From contig CM119267.1 of assembly GCA_051294375.1 (NCBI GenBank), positions 19,285,246 through 19,349,245 of the forward strand: a stretch of 64,000 nt of DNA. Direction: 5' to 3'. The notes below the pieces were generated by a model. That model saw only the letters and a list, made by a program, of their open reading frames with translations, was not told the origin of the DNA and ran no database searches. Below are positions 45,137-59,670 of this stretch, one piece after another. Both the position numbers and the translations under genes were made by a program. How positions within the stretch are numbered: position 1 is the first letter of the stretch; the number at the start of each line of letters is the position of its first letter. Source of the stretch: Paraspadella gotoi (taxonomy: Eukaryota; Animalia; Chaetognatha).

Positions 45137-48100
45137 CTTAAAAATAAAGTTCTTTTCGTAAAAATTTTTTAACTTTATGAAATCTTAAATGAACGATTAT
45201 TTGCGGAAAATCGGCTGCCGTTGCCGCTCGGAAAAGCCGCCTCCAAAGAATGGCTGCGTTACCGGGCGGCGCCCTGCGCTCGCCTGATCATAGTCGTCTC
45301 TGTTGAAAACTATAAGTATAAAGTTGACAATGCATTCCTAGTATGGATGCAATGTCCTAACACAATTTCTCTTTGCTTAGTGGAATTGACTTGACATAGT
45401 GAAGCCAAAAAAAACTTCTAATTCGTGTTTTGTGCTTGAATTTGGACATCACCCAATTAAGAAAGCTCATCAAAGGTCAAACACACATACAATAAAACTA
45501 TAAATCCGTCCCTATCGAACGGCCGTTATCACAGACTGGATTTCAACATCCCCTATCACTCCTTCCTATCACACCCTCCATAGCCCCCAACTATGTCATG
45601 GCCACTCCCACTCTCCTCGTTTTCACCTTGTTCTCTTGTTTGTTCTTAAAAATAAATGGTATTATAAGTGTTCTTGTCGCGCCATGCCTTTGGCATATGT
45701 TCTTGTGATGAAATCTTTGCAAGATGCCCTTTTCCTGACACATTTACAACAATCCTTCCTTGTATGGCAACAAGATGTTGCTCTTGAATTTGGAAGTCAT
45801 GTTCTTGAAAGGCTGATGCAACTCTCTATAATAGTGTTTTTTTTGCAATGCTAGCAACCATGCTTTTTCTTACCCATACCTGATTTTTCAGTTTGCAAGT
45901 GAAGATTGTCTTTTTCTTATTCGGGTGGAGACGGAAGTGTCAAATGAAATCCGGGGTTTCAACAAAAAAAAAGTAGCCCCCCCACTTGAGGTTTCTTGGC
46001 GAAGTAAATAGCAATCATGGTATTGGTGGTTCAGATGTTAATTCGTCGCCCCGCACACTTAAGAATGTGCAAGGAAAATAAATTACTCATCTTTCTTTCA
46101 TTTTCGAGTTACCTTACAAATATATCAGATAAAGATCCACCTTCTCTGAGTTTGCTAATTTCAGTTTCCATAATTTTTCTTTTATTCATAAAGCTCAGTA
46201 GAGCAGCTGCTTTTTTGATCACATACAAAGTATTATCCTGGTTCCTTCAATTGGCAATAACTTCATCTTCAGTTCATAAACTTCTGATTGTTCCAATATT
46301 CATCTGCTCTAATCTTTCAGAAGATAGACGCTACTGAATGTCAAAAGAGGAGTTTTGGACTACGAGGAAATAGTAAAGCCAAAATTTTCACATGCCTGCC
46401 AACACACTTTCCCGTTCTTTATTTTCTGAGCTTTGGTGCCCCTCAGAATAGATGGGCCAAATGGTCTCGTTATTGCAGAAGAGATGGTGGTCATCTGGGA
46501 AGAGATTTGCGCCATTTTGCAATCTTCTTTGCTTTGCCATCGAAGGTCTGTTGAAAAGTTCGTGAGCTTAATGGTTGGTTTTGCCTTGAGGCCAAATAAA
46601 AAGCGAATCAACTTTCCAATGTCTTGCACCGCCTTTGCGTAAATCCGTTAGGGCGTGCAATGCTTTGTTTCCAATTACGGTGCAAAAAAACTCGAAAAGA
46701 AAAAATTGATAAAGGATGTAAGGAAAAGTTCAAAATATTTCAAAAAAAAAAGATCAGAAATTAAATTCGAATGTAAGTTAATCAAAACTCATTTAATTCA
46801 AAATTCGCAAATCATTGATAAAATTAAAAGTTTATTACATAAAAAGCGTAACTCTTTAATTTAAACTCAAAAACAAAATCAATTAGTATTTCATGAAATA
46901 ATCATTGTTATACCCCCAGTTTTCTTTCTCTTCTGTTCCACACTCATCCACAAAAATTAATCGTTTAAACGTAATTTCCTTGCCAAAGAGTGATCATAAA
47001 AAAATCAATCAAATCTCCAACGCAACACTCAATGTTAAAAAATTTCTAAATAATTAAATCAAACCCTCCTTTAATCAGAATGCATCAAACTATCATTCAA
47101 AATCAATATTCATTCAATGCGCCACATCACTTGGACTCCTACCAAAAGTCTTAACGTCCCGGTTGTTTGTAGAAAGGCGTTGACCCATCTGCAATTCAGA
47201 CGTTAATTCATATAACTGAATCACCTGAAGAAGCGATGCTGTTTTCCGAATGGAAAATCATTTTCCTACTGTAGAGAAGTTTCCGTCCCTCTCTACGCCG
47301 CTCAAGTAATATCAGTTGGTCAGGAAAGGCTGCGGCTAAATACCCCGCACCGACAGGCATCCACTGAACCTATATCGATGAGTAAATCTTCAAAGATAAT
47401 GTAAGAGAATATCGATAGAGTAAATGCGAAGTATAATTCCTAAAGAAATGCATCAAGTAATCCGCATATAAATCCAGTAACATAATTCTTAAAGCAAGTG
47501 TAAAAATGCCGAGGAAAATGTTAAAAACCGAGGAAATTAGTCCAAGCAAGCGGAAATCTATCAAAGCTGAATTTCGTGATCCAAAAGTCTGACGCGGTTG
47601 ACCGGTGGAAGAAGAGGAGAGAGCTAGGAAGAGTATCTCATCTTCTTCGGGTCCACGAACTACTGTGGCGCACTGGTTCTACTTTTCACACTCTCTCCTC
47701 TCTTCTCTCTTTTTTCTGCATTGCGACGATCTTTATGCTGTTTCAGATTTTTTTTAACTTGCGATCAGGTTTTTTCACATTAATTAATTATTAATCATTA
47801 ATTAATTAAAACATTTATTAGTAATCATTTAATGATTAACGATTCAAGTAAATGTTGACTTAAGTTTTTTCCAGTCTAAACTCATTTCCCTGGCTACAAG
47901 ATTCCGTCATACTTTAATATTATATATATTAATAAATATTTAAAGCTTCAGTGTCCACAACGCCAATGAATAATTCAAAAAGTATATTGAAAATCGATTT
48001 AGTAGTAAAATAAGAAATACAAAATTTAAAGAGAACTAGAAGTTATAGAAAAGTGTTCAATTTGGCCCGCCTTACTCTAGATATTGCCTTACTAATATAT

Positions 48101-48629
48101 TGCATGTGAGTATAACAATGTTTAATCGGAATAATTAATGACAGGTTTAGGTGGAGAGGGGAGGTTCGATCTCGCAGCAATCACGTCAATGCGTCAAGGA
48201 GTGGGGGGAGAGGGCAGCATACTACTTCTCTAGGGATAAAGAGGGAAATTGATTTTTGATTTATGAGGATTAATTAATTATGATTGTATGGCTATTAAAG
48301 CATTTTTAAATAATGAATACATAATAGTACGAATCTAATATCTAAATATTCAAATACTCATTAAATAACATTGCAATAATAAAATGAACTTACTAATTTG
48401 AAAATAAAGTTATCTTATACTAATCAATTTGCATATTTGCATCGGTTAAAGGAACGTAATTGGCCAATTTTAAATGATATTATTGACATATTTTAGAGGT
48501 TTGAGAATTGGTTTATTTTGGATAGATTAAATTTTTTTGTTTTCTATATTATCTATTATTTGAATCAACTTTAGTTTGTATTTTAAATTTTTATTTTTAT
48601 TGTTTAACTTTAACAATTTTCCCATCATG

Positions 48630-51610
48630 AAAGACAATGGCGACATCAATGAGGGCAGTTTGGTCTTAGGGAAAATGTTCTAATTGATAGATAGTGACTT
48701 GGAATAGTGGTGGATTACAAGGGTGATACAGGTCAAGAGGAAGGTGAATTGGGTTACTCAAATTTAATTAAATCTTGATAAGGGATTTAGGTAGATTATT
48801 GTTTGTAGCAAGAGAAACACCATTGTAGAAGATGACGCTGAATTTATGTCAAGCAGTAAGATAGATATAGGAAGCGATACAAGGTTATTGCTAGCCCGGC
48901 CTACTGTGAGTGAGTGTTTATGCGGGCATATTATTGTGTTGTAGTTGAGATGCTTATAGTGATTGTATTATGTGTAGTTGACTGGCAGGTCATGTCAGTT
49001 AAGGTAAAAATAACAGTGCTTTGGTAAAGTAAATATAATTTTGTTGGTGGTTTTAATGGAGTGAGTAGTGGATTTGGATTGTGGAGTCATGGAATAGGAA
49101 ATTGGATGAAGTGATAGAATGAATTGTGTCTAAATGTTGTGAAAGGAGATCTTTAACTTTGTGGAAGAAAGCATGAGATAGAAGGAGTGATTTTACTGAC
49201 AAGGTATATAGGTTCTTGGTCCGATTTTGCAGATGTAAAGGAGAATGCGGATGCAGATATTTTCGACTTTTGAATGTGATGAATAATGACTTTTACTTTT
49301 AAATGGGCGGTGATAATTGAAAGTCGGATGATAGAGTTTATGCTGAATATGACGAGTAGCAGGGGAAGTGGGTAAAATTCACTTCCTCAGACTGTCCTGG
49401 GTAAATTTTTTATTGTATCATTATTATTATGTTAATTTTGCTCGATATATATATGATAATTAATTGTTAAAAATAGGTTGTGGTCTGGAAGTTTATTTTT
49501 TCTTTTGTTTGATATTGAATAATTTCCACTTGTTTTAGTGAAACATGGTGAAGATTTTAAACAAGGTAATGGATTGAGTTTGGGAATATATGGGTGAAGG
49601 TGGGACTGTAAGGCAAATCTGTTTTTTTGCGCAGTGTTACTTATAGAATTATGCGAGACGAAAGAGATTCAGAGAGAGTAGGATTTATCAAGAGTTTGGA
49701 AAAAGAGAAGAAAGGTTAGAAAAGAAGTTTCGAAATGATAATCGGATCTATATAATTCTAATAGGATCATTTGGCTTATGTAAAAAAGAGTTAGCAGAGG
49801 AAAGGAGAGAAAGGCTGAGGGGGCCAGGATTATATATCGAAGAGCGTCTCTTTTCTAATTTTTGAGACCAAGGGAACCGGGCTTGGCAATTTTAGTTAGG
49901 TGTGAGAATTAATTGAATATTAACTGGTAGTTAATTTATGGATTAATAAGATAACAAGGTCAGGTTAGGAAAGGGTCAGAGGGCGTTCTTCAGTTGCCCA
50001 GAACATTAGTGAGAAATGTTTAGTAAAGGGGATATTGATAGCCAATTCAAGATGAATTTTTAAGTCGAGTGATGAGAAGATTGAGCGGAACAGCAAAAAA
50101 GATTGGTGTGGATCAGAGCGATTGGGAACGGATGAATGGAACAAAGTTTAACGGGGAATGCCCGGGTAAGTCGCTGGGCTTGATGGTTGCCACCTGCAGA
50201 ATTCTGGAAAGCTGCTATTTGGGGTGTTGGTGGCAAAATGTAATTTTTATGGAAGGTGTTTGAGTTGGTTTTTTCAAAGGGAAGGGTGATACAAGGTCAA
50301 GTGTAGAAGGGAGCGTCCGTGCTCTTATTAGTATAAGAAAGGTGATAGAGAGGAGTGTTAAAAATGTATAGACCTGTAGTTTAGTAAATGTGGATTTAGT
50401 AAAATCGATAAGTGGTTTATTAATGCACGACTTAGTCGAGTTTTACTATGGATTTGGTGCATGAGGATTCAGGTGAGGATACAAGGGCGAAAAATATAAA
50501 GTTTTTGCATATAATCACAGGATGTCATTGATTATTTCAGGTTATTGAAATTATTGAATTGTTTGGCGGAGCTTGTGGTTTTTCTTGGATCTTGAGAAAA
50601 AGTGTTTTGGATAGGGTATACAATCAGTATGGTTAAAGGCTGTAAGAAGAAATTATGGGTTTTTGGGAAGAAAATAATTAGTTGGGTAAGGCATTTTTAA
50701 AGTAAGGTAACTACAGAATAATTAGTTTAGATGGCAATTGGTCTGATGAATAAATGGTTGCAGGGGATGAGACAGGGTGATCCTTCCTATGCCGCTATAT
50801 ATTAATTTTTAGTGGGCTGAGGTTTTTGCTATAATTTTTAGAGGAAGGATCGAATGATATAGGGAATTAAGATAAAGGGGCGAGAGAAAGGTAGGGGTCT
50901 ACGTTGATGCACCAGGTTTCCTGGGGTTCAGAGGCATCCGGTAGTGAGGAGGTTTATTGGGATAAGGGCAGTTCCGTTATAAAGGGCAAGCGGGTCAAGG
51001 TTAACAAATGCGGTAAATCAGTGGGGTTGTGGTTAGGGCCTTGGAAGAATAAACCTAAGGAGTTTCTGTGGTCTGGCTGGGTGGAATAGACATGGCAAAG
51101 ATCTTAAATTGGGTGGGGCGAGGGATTTGATAAAAGCAAATTTTGTTTGATGTTTTAGAGGTATAGTTGACAGCAGCTTGGACCCATTTGGGAAAGCTCG
51201 ACATTGTCAACTCTTAAGGAAGGGCGAAAGAGCTAATGTATTTCGTATCCTGCGTTTAGTGGTATAGAAACGCCAGAATTGTTGACTGCTCCTTGGGGAG
51301 ATATTGATGCTTTAGAAAAACTGAAGTAGAAAAATTGGATGTTCATGGCAGAATAAAGAGATGCTAAGGATAGGCTGAGGGATTCTTATTATAATGGTTG
51401 GAGTGGAGCGCTAATTAATTGGATAATAAGATAAGGTTAAAGAAGAGAAGTATATTGTGGATTAAAGAGGTTATTAAACATGCCTAGAGGAATGCTTTGC
51501 TAAGTTTTAGGGATGACTAATTGGAGGACACAATGTGGTTTTTGGTTGGTATATGATAGCCTTAGGGCAAAGGTAGCAGGATTACATGGATTTAGCTAGC
51601 CGATATTACG
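48630..51610 (+). mobile_element. Degraded L1/Tx1-like non-LTR retrotransposon ORF2 (APE endonuclease + reverse transcriptase)
   Basis: Ordered frameshifted motifs: GLQ(E)T ~48712, GG(D)FN ~49045, SR(I)DRVY ~49322, GKS.GLDG.P.EF ~50164, YRP.SLVNVD ~50367, LDLEK.FDR ~50584, GMRQGDP ~50764. Confidence 0.8.
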
Positions 51611-51635
51611 NNNNNNNNNNNNNNNNNNNNNNNNN

Positions 51636-51668
<33 letters not shown>

Positions 51669-52161
51669 CAAGCATGCAGAAAATCTATCGAGGTTCCGGA
51701 TTTGGTCTTGACCCAGCTCTGACCTCTTGAACATCCAGTGGAGACTCTATTCCGATTTGTGTGTTTTTATGACATGTAATATAACCGCGAATCTGTGTCA
51801 TGTCAGTTTTTTGCGACTCCGCAAACTCGTCTTTCTTGAGATGGGATTTTTTTTTTAGTAGAAACGATTCATTTGAAATAAAAAAAAGCGAATGGAAACC
51901 GTTTGGGTGAGTTTATCTTTTAAGAAGGATAAAAATTTTAAAATGTGGCCAATCTGTAAAATCTGTAAAATGGCAATTTTTAAAAAAAGTCTTTAAAAAT
52001 TTAAAAGTTTTACTTTTATTTAACTTCCGATACTCTCGTTATATTGACAGTTAAACATTATTAATATAATAACATCTTTTTAATTTTCGCAATAAAACTT
52101 TTTTTTTAATCATTAATTCGATTCGATGACCCGTCGTCCATCGCGATCGGTCAACTCGTCG

Positions 52162-52193
<32 letters not shown>

Positions 52194-55100
52194 GTCATCG
52201 TCGTCATCGGGGCCCCGCGAAACCACTTTGGATTGACATCAACATTTGCGACACAAGAGGGAAAACTAAAGGTGAGGTTTGGAACACTAAATTCTTTCCC
52301 TCTGCGTTGTTTATTGTTTGTTCCGCCGCCTTTTTTTTTTTCTTTCTTTTTTGTGAACGTTTCCCTTTTTTTTCCCTTCTCACCATATTTCTTTTCTTCT
52401 TTTGTCGATTTTCTTCTCCAAATTTTGTTTTTCCCTTTTTTTTTTTTCTCTTTTCGTTTTATTTTTTAAAATTCAGTTTGATTCGCTTGTGTTTCATTCC
52501 TTCCTCTTTTTTTTTTTTGCAAAGTCTTCTGCCTGTCGGCCCGTGTTTTCTTTTTTTCTTTCCATCCATTCTTTTTTTCTTTCCTCCTTTCCTCCTTTTC
52601 TTTTTTTCCTTTCAACTTTCCGTTTTTCCCGCCAACTCGCACCTCCATCTACTCTGTCTCAATCCCTCAACCGTTTCTTCTCTCCCTTTTTCTTTTCAAT
52701 TCCGATGCCAACTCCGACTGTTTCTCGTCTCTTTTCTTTTGCTCCTCTCCTCCGCACCATTTCTCTCTCTCTCTCTCTGTCTCTCTCTCTCTCTCATCGT
52801 CCTCCCCTCCTCCTCATTCTCTCCCCTCCTTCTCTCTCGCACCCTTCTCCTACCCCCTCCTCCTCTCGTCTCCTCTCTCTCNNNNNNNNNNNNNNNNNNN
52901 NNNNNNNNNNNNNNNNNNNNNNNNNNNNNNNNNNNNNNNNNNNNNNNNNNNNNNNNNNNNNNNNNNNNNNNNNNNNNNNNNNNNNNNNNNNNNNNNNNNN
53001 NNNNNNNNNNNNNNNNNNNNNNNNNNNNNTCACACACTCGGTTTTCCTGTATTTGTTAGTCAAAATGAGGCATTCAAAAGCATAAAATACCTTATAGAGA
53101 CAAAAATATGTCCGCACACCAACAGACAGACGGAACATCAGATCTAGGGATGAAAATGGCGCGGAGGCGGCCCGCCGAGCCTCGTCTAAACAGCGACGTC
53201 TTTTTGGCCTCGGGCCATCTCTCTCTCTCTCTCTCTCTNNNNNNNNNNNNNNNNNNNNNNNNNNNNNNNNNNNNNNNNNNNNNNNNNNNNNNNNNNNNNN
53301 NNNNNNNNNNNNNNNNNNNNNNNNNNNNNNNNNNNNNNNNNNNNNNNNNNNNNNNNNNNNTCTCTCTCCCTCTCGCCTGAGTGAACTGATCACCAGAGAT
53401 GGCGAAGCTCGGGAACGACGTCGTTACTTTTTTTCTCCGTCCAAAGACGAGCGGCGCTGGAGTTTCGAGTTGACAAAGTCGAGGGGTCATCGAAACAGTC
53501 GTAGCGACGCCGTCGTTCATTGCGGTCGTCAATGCAGAAGTCGTTGCAGGCGTCGCTGAAGTCGTCCAACTCAATACTCGGTTTCAATGGCGACCCAGGG
53601 CAAAATATTTACTTTTTTTTTCGGAGTAGGAAGGGAAAGGAAAGAAAACTAATAGTATGAGTAGAAAAAAAAGATTGTTAAGAAAAATAACTTTTAAGCT
53701 CAGGACATTAGGACTTTAAGAAGATGGCAAGGTTTGTTCGAGTTCTTAAAATGGGTCGTTCCTCAGCATTGTGGAATCATTCTATATAAATAATATCACT
53801 ACGTTGAAGGACGATCATCGGGAAGAAACTTTGAAAATGTGGAAAACTAAGACCAAGAAAAGATGGATCGAAGCCGGGGAATGGTGTATTAAAAGACTTT
53901 TTCTCATTGAAACGATAATTTTTAAACATAAACATAAACGATTAAAACTAAAAATTAGTTATCATTGAGTTTAAAGAATTACTCAAAAATACGGGATATA
54001 ATTAACACAATTTCATAATGAAAAATCAATATAATTATTAACTTATTCAGAACGAACTTCTAGTAGGACTCCTGTTTTACTCTATGTATTAATACCAAAA
54101 ACAATATTAACACAATCAGAAACAGAACCCTGAAATTTTTTTTATTAATACCAAAAACAGTATTGACAAAACCAGATTCTATCTGCCATCTTACAAGAAT
54201 TTAGTTACAAATCAAATACGCATTGCTAATCCGTATGTACATAGATATGTATACCTCGATTTAACTCAAATAAATAAATGGCCAATAACTTTTAAAAAAT
54301 CAATAGAAACTAAACTGATCCCTCCTCATTCTGTGGCCTTACGTCTCTTTCTTAATTTCAAATTTCACTTCTTTTTTCATTTCTCTTTTTAAACATAGCC
54401 AAATCGTAAACTGCAATATGCAAATGAGATTTTAAATCCTGCATCAAAGCGAGATTCCTACTATCTCTCGTTCTTCCCTGGGCTTCCACTTCGCGCGCGC
54501 GTAATGATCCGTTTTGGGCGAAGGGATCGCAGAGTGGCTGNNNNNNNNNNNNNNNNNNNNNNNNNNNNNNNNNNNNNNNNNNNNNNNNNNNNNNNNNNNN
54601 NNNNNNNNNNNNNNNNNNNNNNNNNNNNNNNNNNNNNNNNNNNNNNNNNNNNNNNNNNNNNNNNNNNNNNNNNNNNNNNNNNNNNNNNNNNNNNNNNNNN
54701 NNNNNNNNNNNNNNNNNNNNNNNNNNNNNNNNNNNNNNNNNNNNNNNNNNNNNNNNNNNNNNNNNNNNNNNNNNNNGACTACGACGACGACGACAGAGAA
54801 TGTAGGTTCTTTCTTTCTTTATTTCATTCTTTCTTTCTTTCTTTCATTCTTTCTTTCTTTCNNNNNNNNNNNNNNNNNNNNNNNNNNNNNNNNNNNNNNN
54901 NNNNNNNNNNNNNNNNNNNNNNNNNNNNNNNNNNNNNNNNNNNNNNNNNNNNNNNNNNNNNNNNNNNNNNNNNNNNNNNNNNNNNTCTCTCTCTCTCCTC
55001 GAGGTGTTTTCCTTCCGCTCAAAGGAGACGGCGCCTCTTTCACTTTGGAACATTTTTCCCAGAAATTAATGAATACTGAGATGTATAAAAGATATAAAAG

Positions 55101-56375
55101 ACCGCGAGAGAGAGAGAGATAGAGAGATTGCAGAAGAAACACTCGTTCTGCCTTCCGGTTTAGCCCACTCTTCAGACCGAGAAAGAAAATGAGAGACGTT
55201 CTCCTTGTAGAGAGTTTTCCTCGCTTAATTAATTACTGTCTTGGGTTCACAAAGATTGTCGTCGTCCTCGTCGTCATTGTCGTCGTCCTCGTCGTCGTCC
55301 TTCAACCGTTTCTCTCTTCCGCCGCATTCGCGCGCCGCCTTACCCCGCCTCACCCGCCCTCACCCGCCCGACCTTTCATCGTCGATCAAGCTGTCGTTTG
55401 CTTCGAGATTCTTGTCGTCGTCGTTGTTATCGTCGTTGTCGTTGTTGTTGGCTGTAGTCCGCGCTTATGGCCGTGTAAATCGATTGTCAGTCGTCGGGCT
55501 CGAACCCGGGACTCGTAGACTCCGATAGACGACACTGATCGCGTACCCTTAATACGAGTCGTCGACCCTGAAGCAATAATAGACGTTATCTTCGTCGTCT
55601 CATTCGTTTCCCTTTTGTTCCGCATCAATTTGTCACGGGTTACAACTCGATATTAACGAACAATGCATTCGATATATTTCAACGACGACGACGAAGACGA
55701 CAACGGCGACGACGGCGATAAAGACGACGACGACGACAAAGACGACGACGACGACGAGAATGAAACCATGCGGCGCCGCGTCATCGCCAAATTTATTCCA
55801 GTCGTAAAAAAAAACAGAAGAAAGAAAAAAAAAACAAAAGATTCGCTTTTTTTTTGATAATCGCCAAAATGAAGTCGAAGGAAAATTGTGAATTTGTGAG
55901 GAAGACTGTGAGGAAAAGTGGTGTGATTGGGTGAGTTGAGTGGTGATGAGAAGTGGGTTTGGGGGTGAGGGTCTGGGTGGGAATAAAAGTGGGAGTGATT
56001 CTTTTCAGTCACTACAATCTGTTTGGATAAATGAGAGGATTTATTTAGGAGGCAAATCAGATATTAAAGATTTCGTTTCAAATGATGACAAATTAATTGT
56101 AGAGCGACTTATTATTTTATTTTCTTAGTGAGCAAACCAGACTGGCATCTGTTCTGCGGCAAGATTGTCAAGTCCAGCAATCTTGTGCTCTCATCTTGGC
56201 ATTGGGTCGGGCAATAGAAAGATTGCTGTAGATCGCAAGGGTGTCTGATTCTGACAGAGACGAATCGATGCAGAATCGAAGACTCGGATCAGATCGACGC
56301 CTCGACCAAATTTCGTCGGCGCCACTGGATCAATTTTCCACGCGAGAAGGAAAATATTTGGAGAGGGAGACGTGT

Positions 56376-56380
<5 letters not shown>

Positions 56381-56415
<35 letters not shown>

Positions 56416-56896
56416 GAGAGGAGAGAGAGAGAGAGAGAGAAAGTGAATAAGGAGAAAAAACGTGTCCAACGAAGAAAGAAAACGGAAAAAAAAGAGAAAA
56501 GAACCCCAGAAAGAAGAAGGAAGGGCTCCGACGCACAACCGATAAAAACAATTAGAAACCCGCGAGACAAAGTAAACAATTCGAAAAAGAAATAAACAAA
56601 ACCGTAATCAGGATAAAAAGAGAAATAAAAAATAAAAACATTTAATAGAAAGAAGTCGGGAAGCGGAAAAAAGAAAAAGAAAAAAAAAATCGTAAACAAA
56701 CCAAATGAGAGGAAAAAAGAAGCTATAACGCGCGGACCGAAGAAGATAAAATAAGGAAGATCGTGAGAAATGTGGAGGAAAGGAAAAGAAAAGAAAAAGA
56801 AAAAAATGGAAAAGAAACGGAGAGAAAAAGATGCAAACAAAAAAGGAAACTGGAGGCGATGAGGGAAGGAGGAATATTCAAAAATATTCAGAAGAG

Positions 56897-56944
<48 letters not shown>

Positions 56945-58393
56945 AGAGTAGAAGAGAGGAGAGCAGCAGAGAGAAGAAGAGAGAGAGAGAAGAGAAGAGG
57001 AAGAGTTGGTAATCCGAGAGGTAAAAGTGTCCGACCGGAATAATGTGAAAAAGGATGACATTTTTAGAGACTCCAGAATGAATTTTGAAAACGAAATTCA
57101 AAAGTGAAGATGGCGACTAAAAACGAAGTGGCCTTGCCTCAAATTGTTTGCTTTTATAATGAAAAAGTGCCACTTAAATAATAAAACAAAACTGCGCAAA
57201 AAGTAACGAAAAATTAGAGATCATTGTGCTATTTTTTATCTGTATTTAATATTAAATCTATTGTTTTAAGTCTAAAAGAGGAAAGCGAAGGAAGACTTTG
57301 AAGAAGAGAAGAGATAAAAAAAATCCGAGAATCCGTTGGCAGAAATCAAGAAGACAAAGGAGAGAGAGGGAGAGAGAAAGCAGAGAGAGAAATCGGTAAT
57401 AAAGAGAGTAGAAGGAAGGAAGAAAAAGGGGAAATAACAGCGAGAGTAAAGAGTAACGGAAAAGAGTGAATAAAGAGTGAAGAATTGAATTGTAGCCGTA
57501 AGAAAGAAGAAGGGATGAATTAATAACCTATTATTTATAAATTTTAAATTTTGAATGTTGAATGTATAACTATAAAGATTAAATTAAATAAAATAAATAA
57601 GGTGAAGATAACCGAGGTTGAAAGATGTAAAATGGCAACCCGTGATAGAAGTAGAAAACGGAGAAAGAAGAAGATTAATGAGAGAAAAAGGAAGAATGTG
57701 AAGAAGTAGGAATTAAAATAAGAAAATAGGAAAAAATAAGCGAGGGAAAGAATCAGAAAATGCAGAAGATTGATGAAAGAAAATAAAAAGAAAATGTGAA
57801 AAGATGAAGTAAAAAAAAGGAAGAAATGAGGATGAAAGAATGAAAGGAAAAAAAAGGAAGGAAATGTGAAGAAATGATGAAAGGAAAAAAGGAGGAATGT
57901 GAAGAAAGATGAAAGGAAAAAGGAAGAAATGTGAAGAAAGATGAAAGGAAAAAGGTAGATGATGAAGAAGAGATGAAAGGAAAAAAGTAAAGAAATTGAA
58001 AATAAGATGAAAGGAAAAAGTAAGAAATGTTAAAAAAATGAAAGGGAAAAAGAAAATTTGAGAAAGATGAAAGGAAAGAAGAAATGTGAAGAAGATTGAA
58101 AGGAAAAAAGGAAAGAAAATATGAAGAAAGATGAAAGGAAAAAAGGACGGAATGTTAAAAAAATGAAAGGAAAAAAAGGAAGAAATGCTAAGAAAAGATG
58201 AAAGGAAAAAATGAAGAAATGCTAAGAAAGATGAAAGGAAAAGGAGGAAGAAATGAGGAGAATGACGAGGGAAAGAAGGAAGGAAAGGATCCTCGGGCAG
58301 AAACGCAAGACTGGTTTAAAAGAAGAACGGAAAAAGGGTTAAAGAAAAAAGGAGGAAAAATGGGAAAGAAGCCTCAAAACGCTCGACGGAGAG

Positions 58394-58466
<73 letters not shown>

Positions 58467-59064
58467 GAGGAGAGAGAGAGAATTTTGTGGGCCGCGCTCC
58501 AGGTGTAACTCGAAGCATTTTATGTTAATGAGTTGGGAATTGGTGATGCGTCGGCGCGGCGGCGGCGGCGGCGGCGGTACCGCACGGCCAGCGCCGGCTC
58601 GAGAGATGGCGTCGTCGGGGGTTGGCGTCGGTGGAGTGGAAGTGTAAAGGTATATCGGCGCGCGTAGAAATCGGCGAAGGTCCGTCGGAAGAACTAAGTG
58701 GCGGAAAGAAATCATTCCGTTTATTCTGATCGCGAGCGAGGAAGGAAGCGATGTTTGTGTTTTGGTGTTTCTGTTTTATTTTGTCGTTGGTGTTGTTTGG
58801 TTGTTGTTTTTTTATGTCGTTTTTGGTTGCCTTCAGATTGTTGTTTGGCTTTTTTTTTCGTCATTGACTTACTTGTTTTCCTCATAAACGTATTTGTTTT
58901 CATGTTTTCATATTTGTTCTAGTTTCGTCTCCATTGTTTGCTCATCGACGCTTTTGTATTTATGTTTTCAACTTTTGTTCCGTGTTTGTGTTTCTCCGCT
59001 TTCCCTTCGCTCTTTATTTGTCCATATAAACAATTAATCTCTGTTGTCCAGTCAACTGAATGAC

Positions 59065-59096
<32 letters not shown>

Positions 59097-59622
59097 TAGA
59101 AGAGAGAGAGAGAGAGGAGAGGAGAGAGAGAGAGANNNNNNNNNNNNNNNNNNNNNNNNNAGAGAGAGAGAGAGAGAGAGAGAAAGTGAATAAGGAGAAA
59201 AAACGTGTCAACGAGAAAGAAAACGGAAAAAAAAGAGAAAAGAACCCAGAAAGAAGAAGGAAGGCTCGACGCACAACCGATAAACAATTAGAACCGCGAG
59301 ACAAAGTAAACAATTCGAAAGAAATAAACAAAACCGTAAATCAGGGATAAAAAGAGAAATAAAAATAAAAACAAATAGAAAGAAGTCGGAAGCGGAAAAA
59401 GAAAAAGAAAAAAAAATCGTAAACAAACCAAATGAGAGGAAAAGAAGCTATAACGCGCGGGACCGAAGAAGATAAAAATAAGGAAGACTCGTGAGAAATG
59501 TGGAGGAAAGGAAAGAAAAGAAAAAGAAAAAAAGGAAAAGAAAACGGAGAGAAAAAGATGCAAACAAAAAAAGGAAACTGGAGCGAGAGGGAAGGAGGAA
59601 TATTCAAAAATATTCAGAAGAG

Positions 59623-59670
<48 letters not shown>

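Noticed and set aside
45690-46300. piggyBac transposase (YFAKKP..GY plus Cys-rich tail)
   Set aside because: Motif spacing is wrong, and no catalytic triad, TIRs or TTAA sites were identified.
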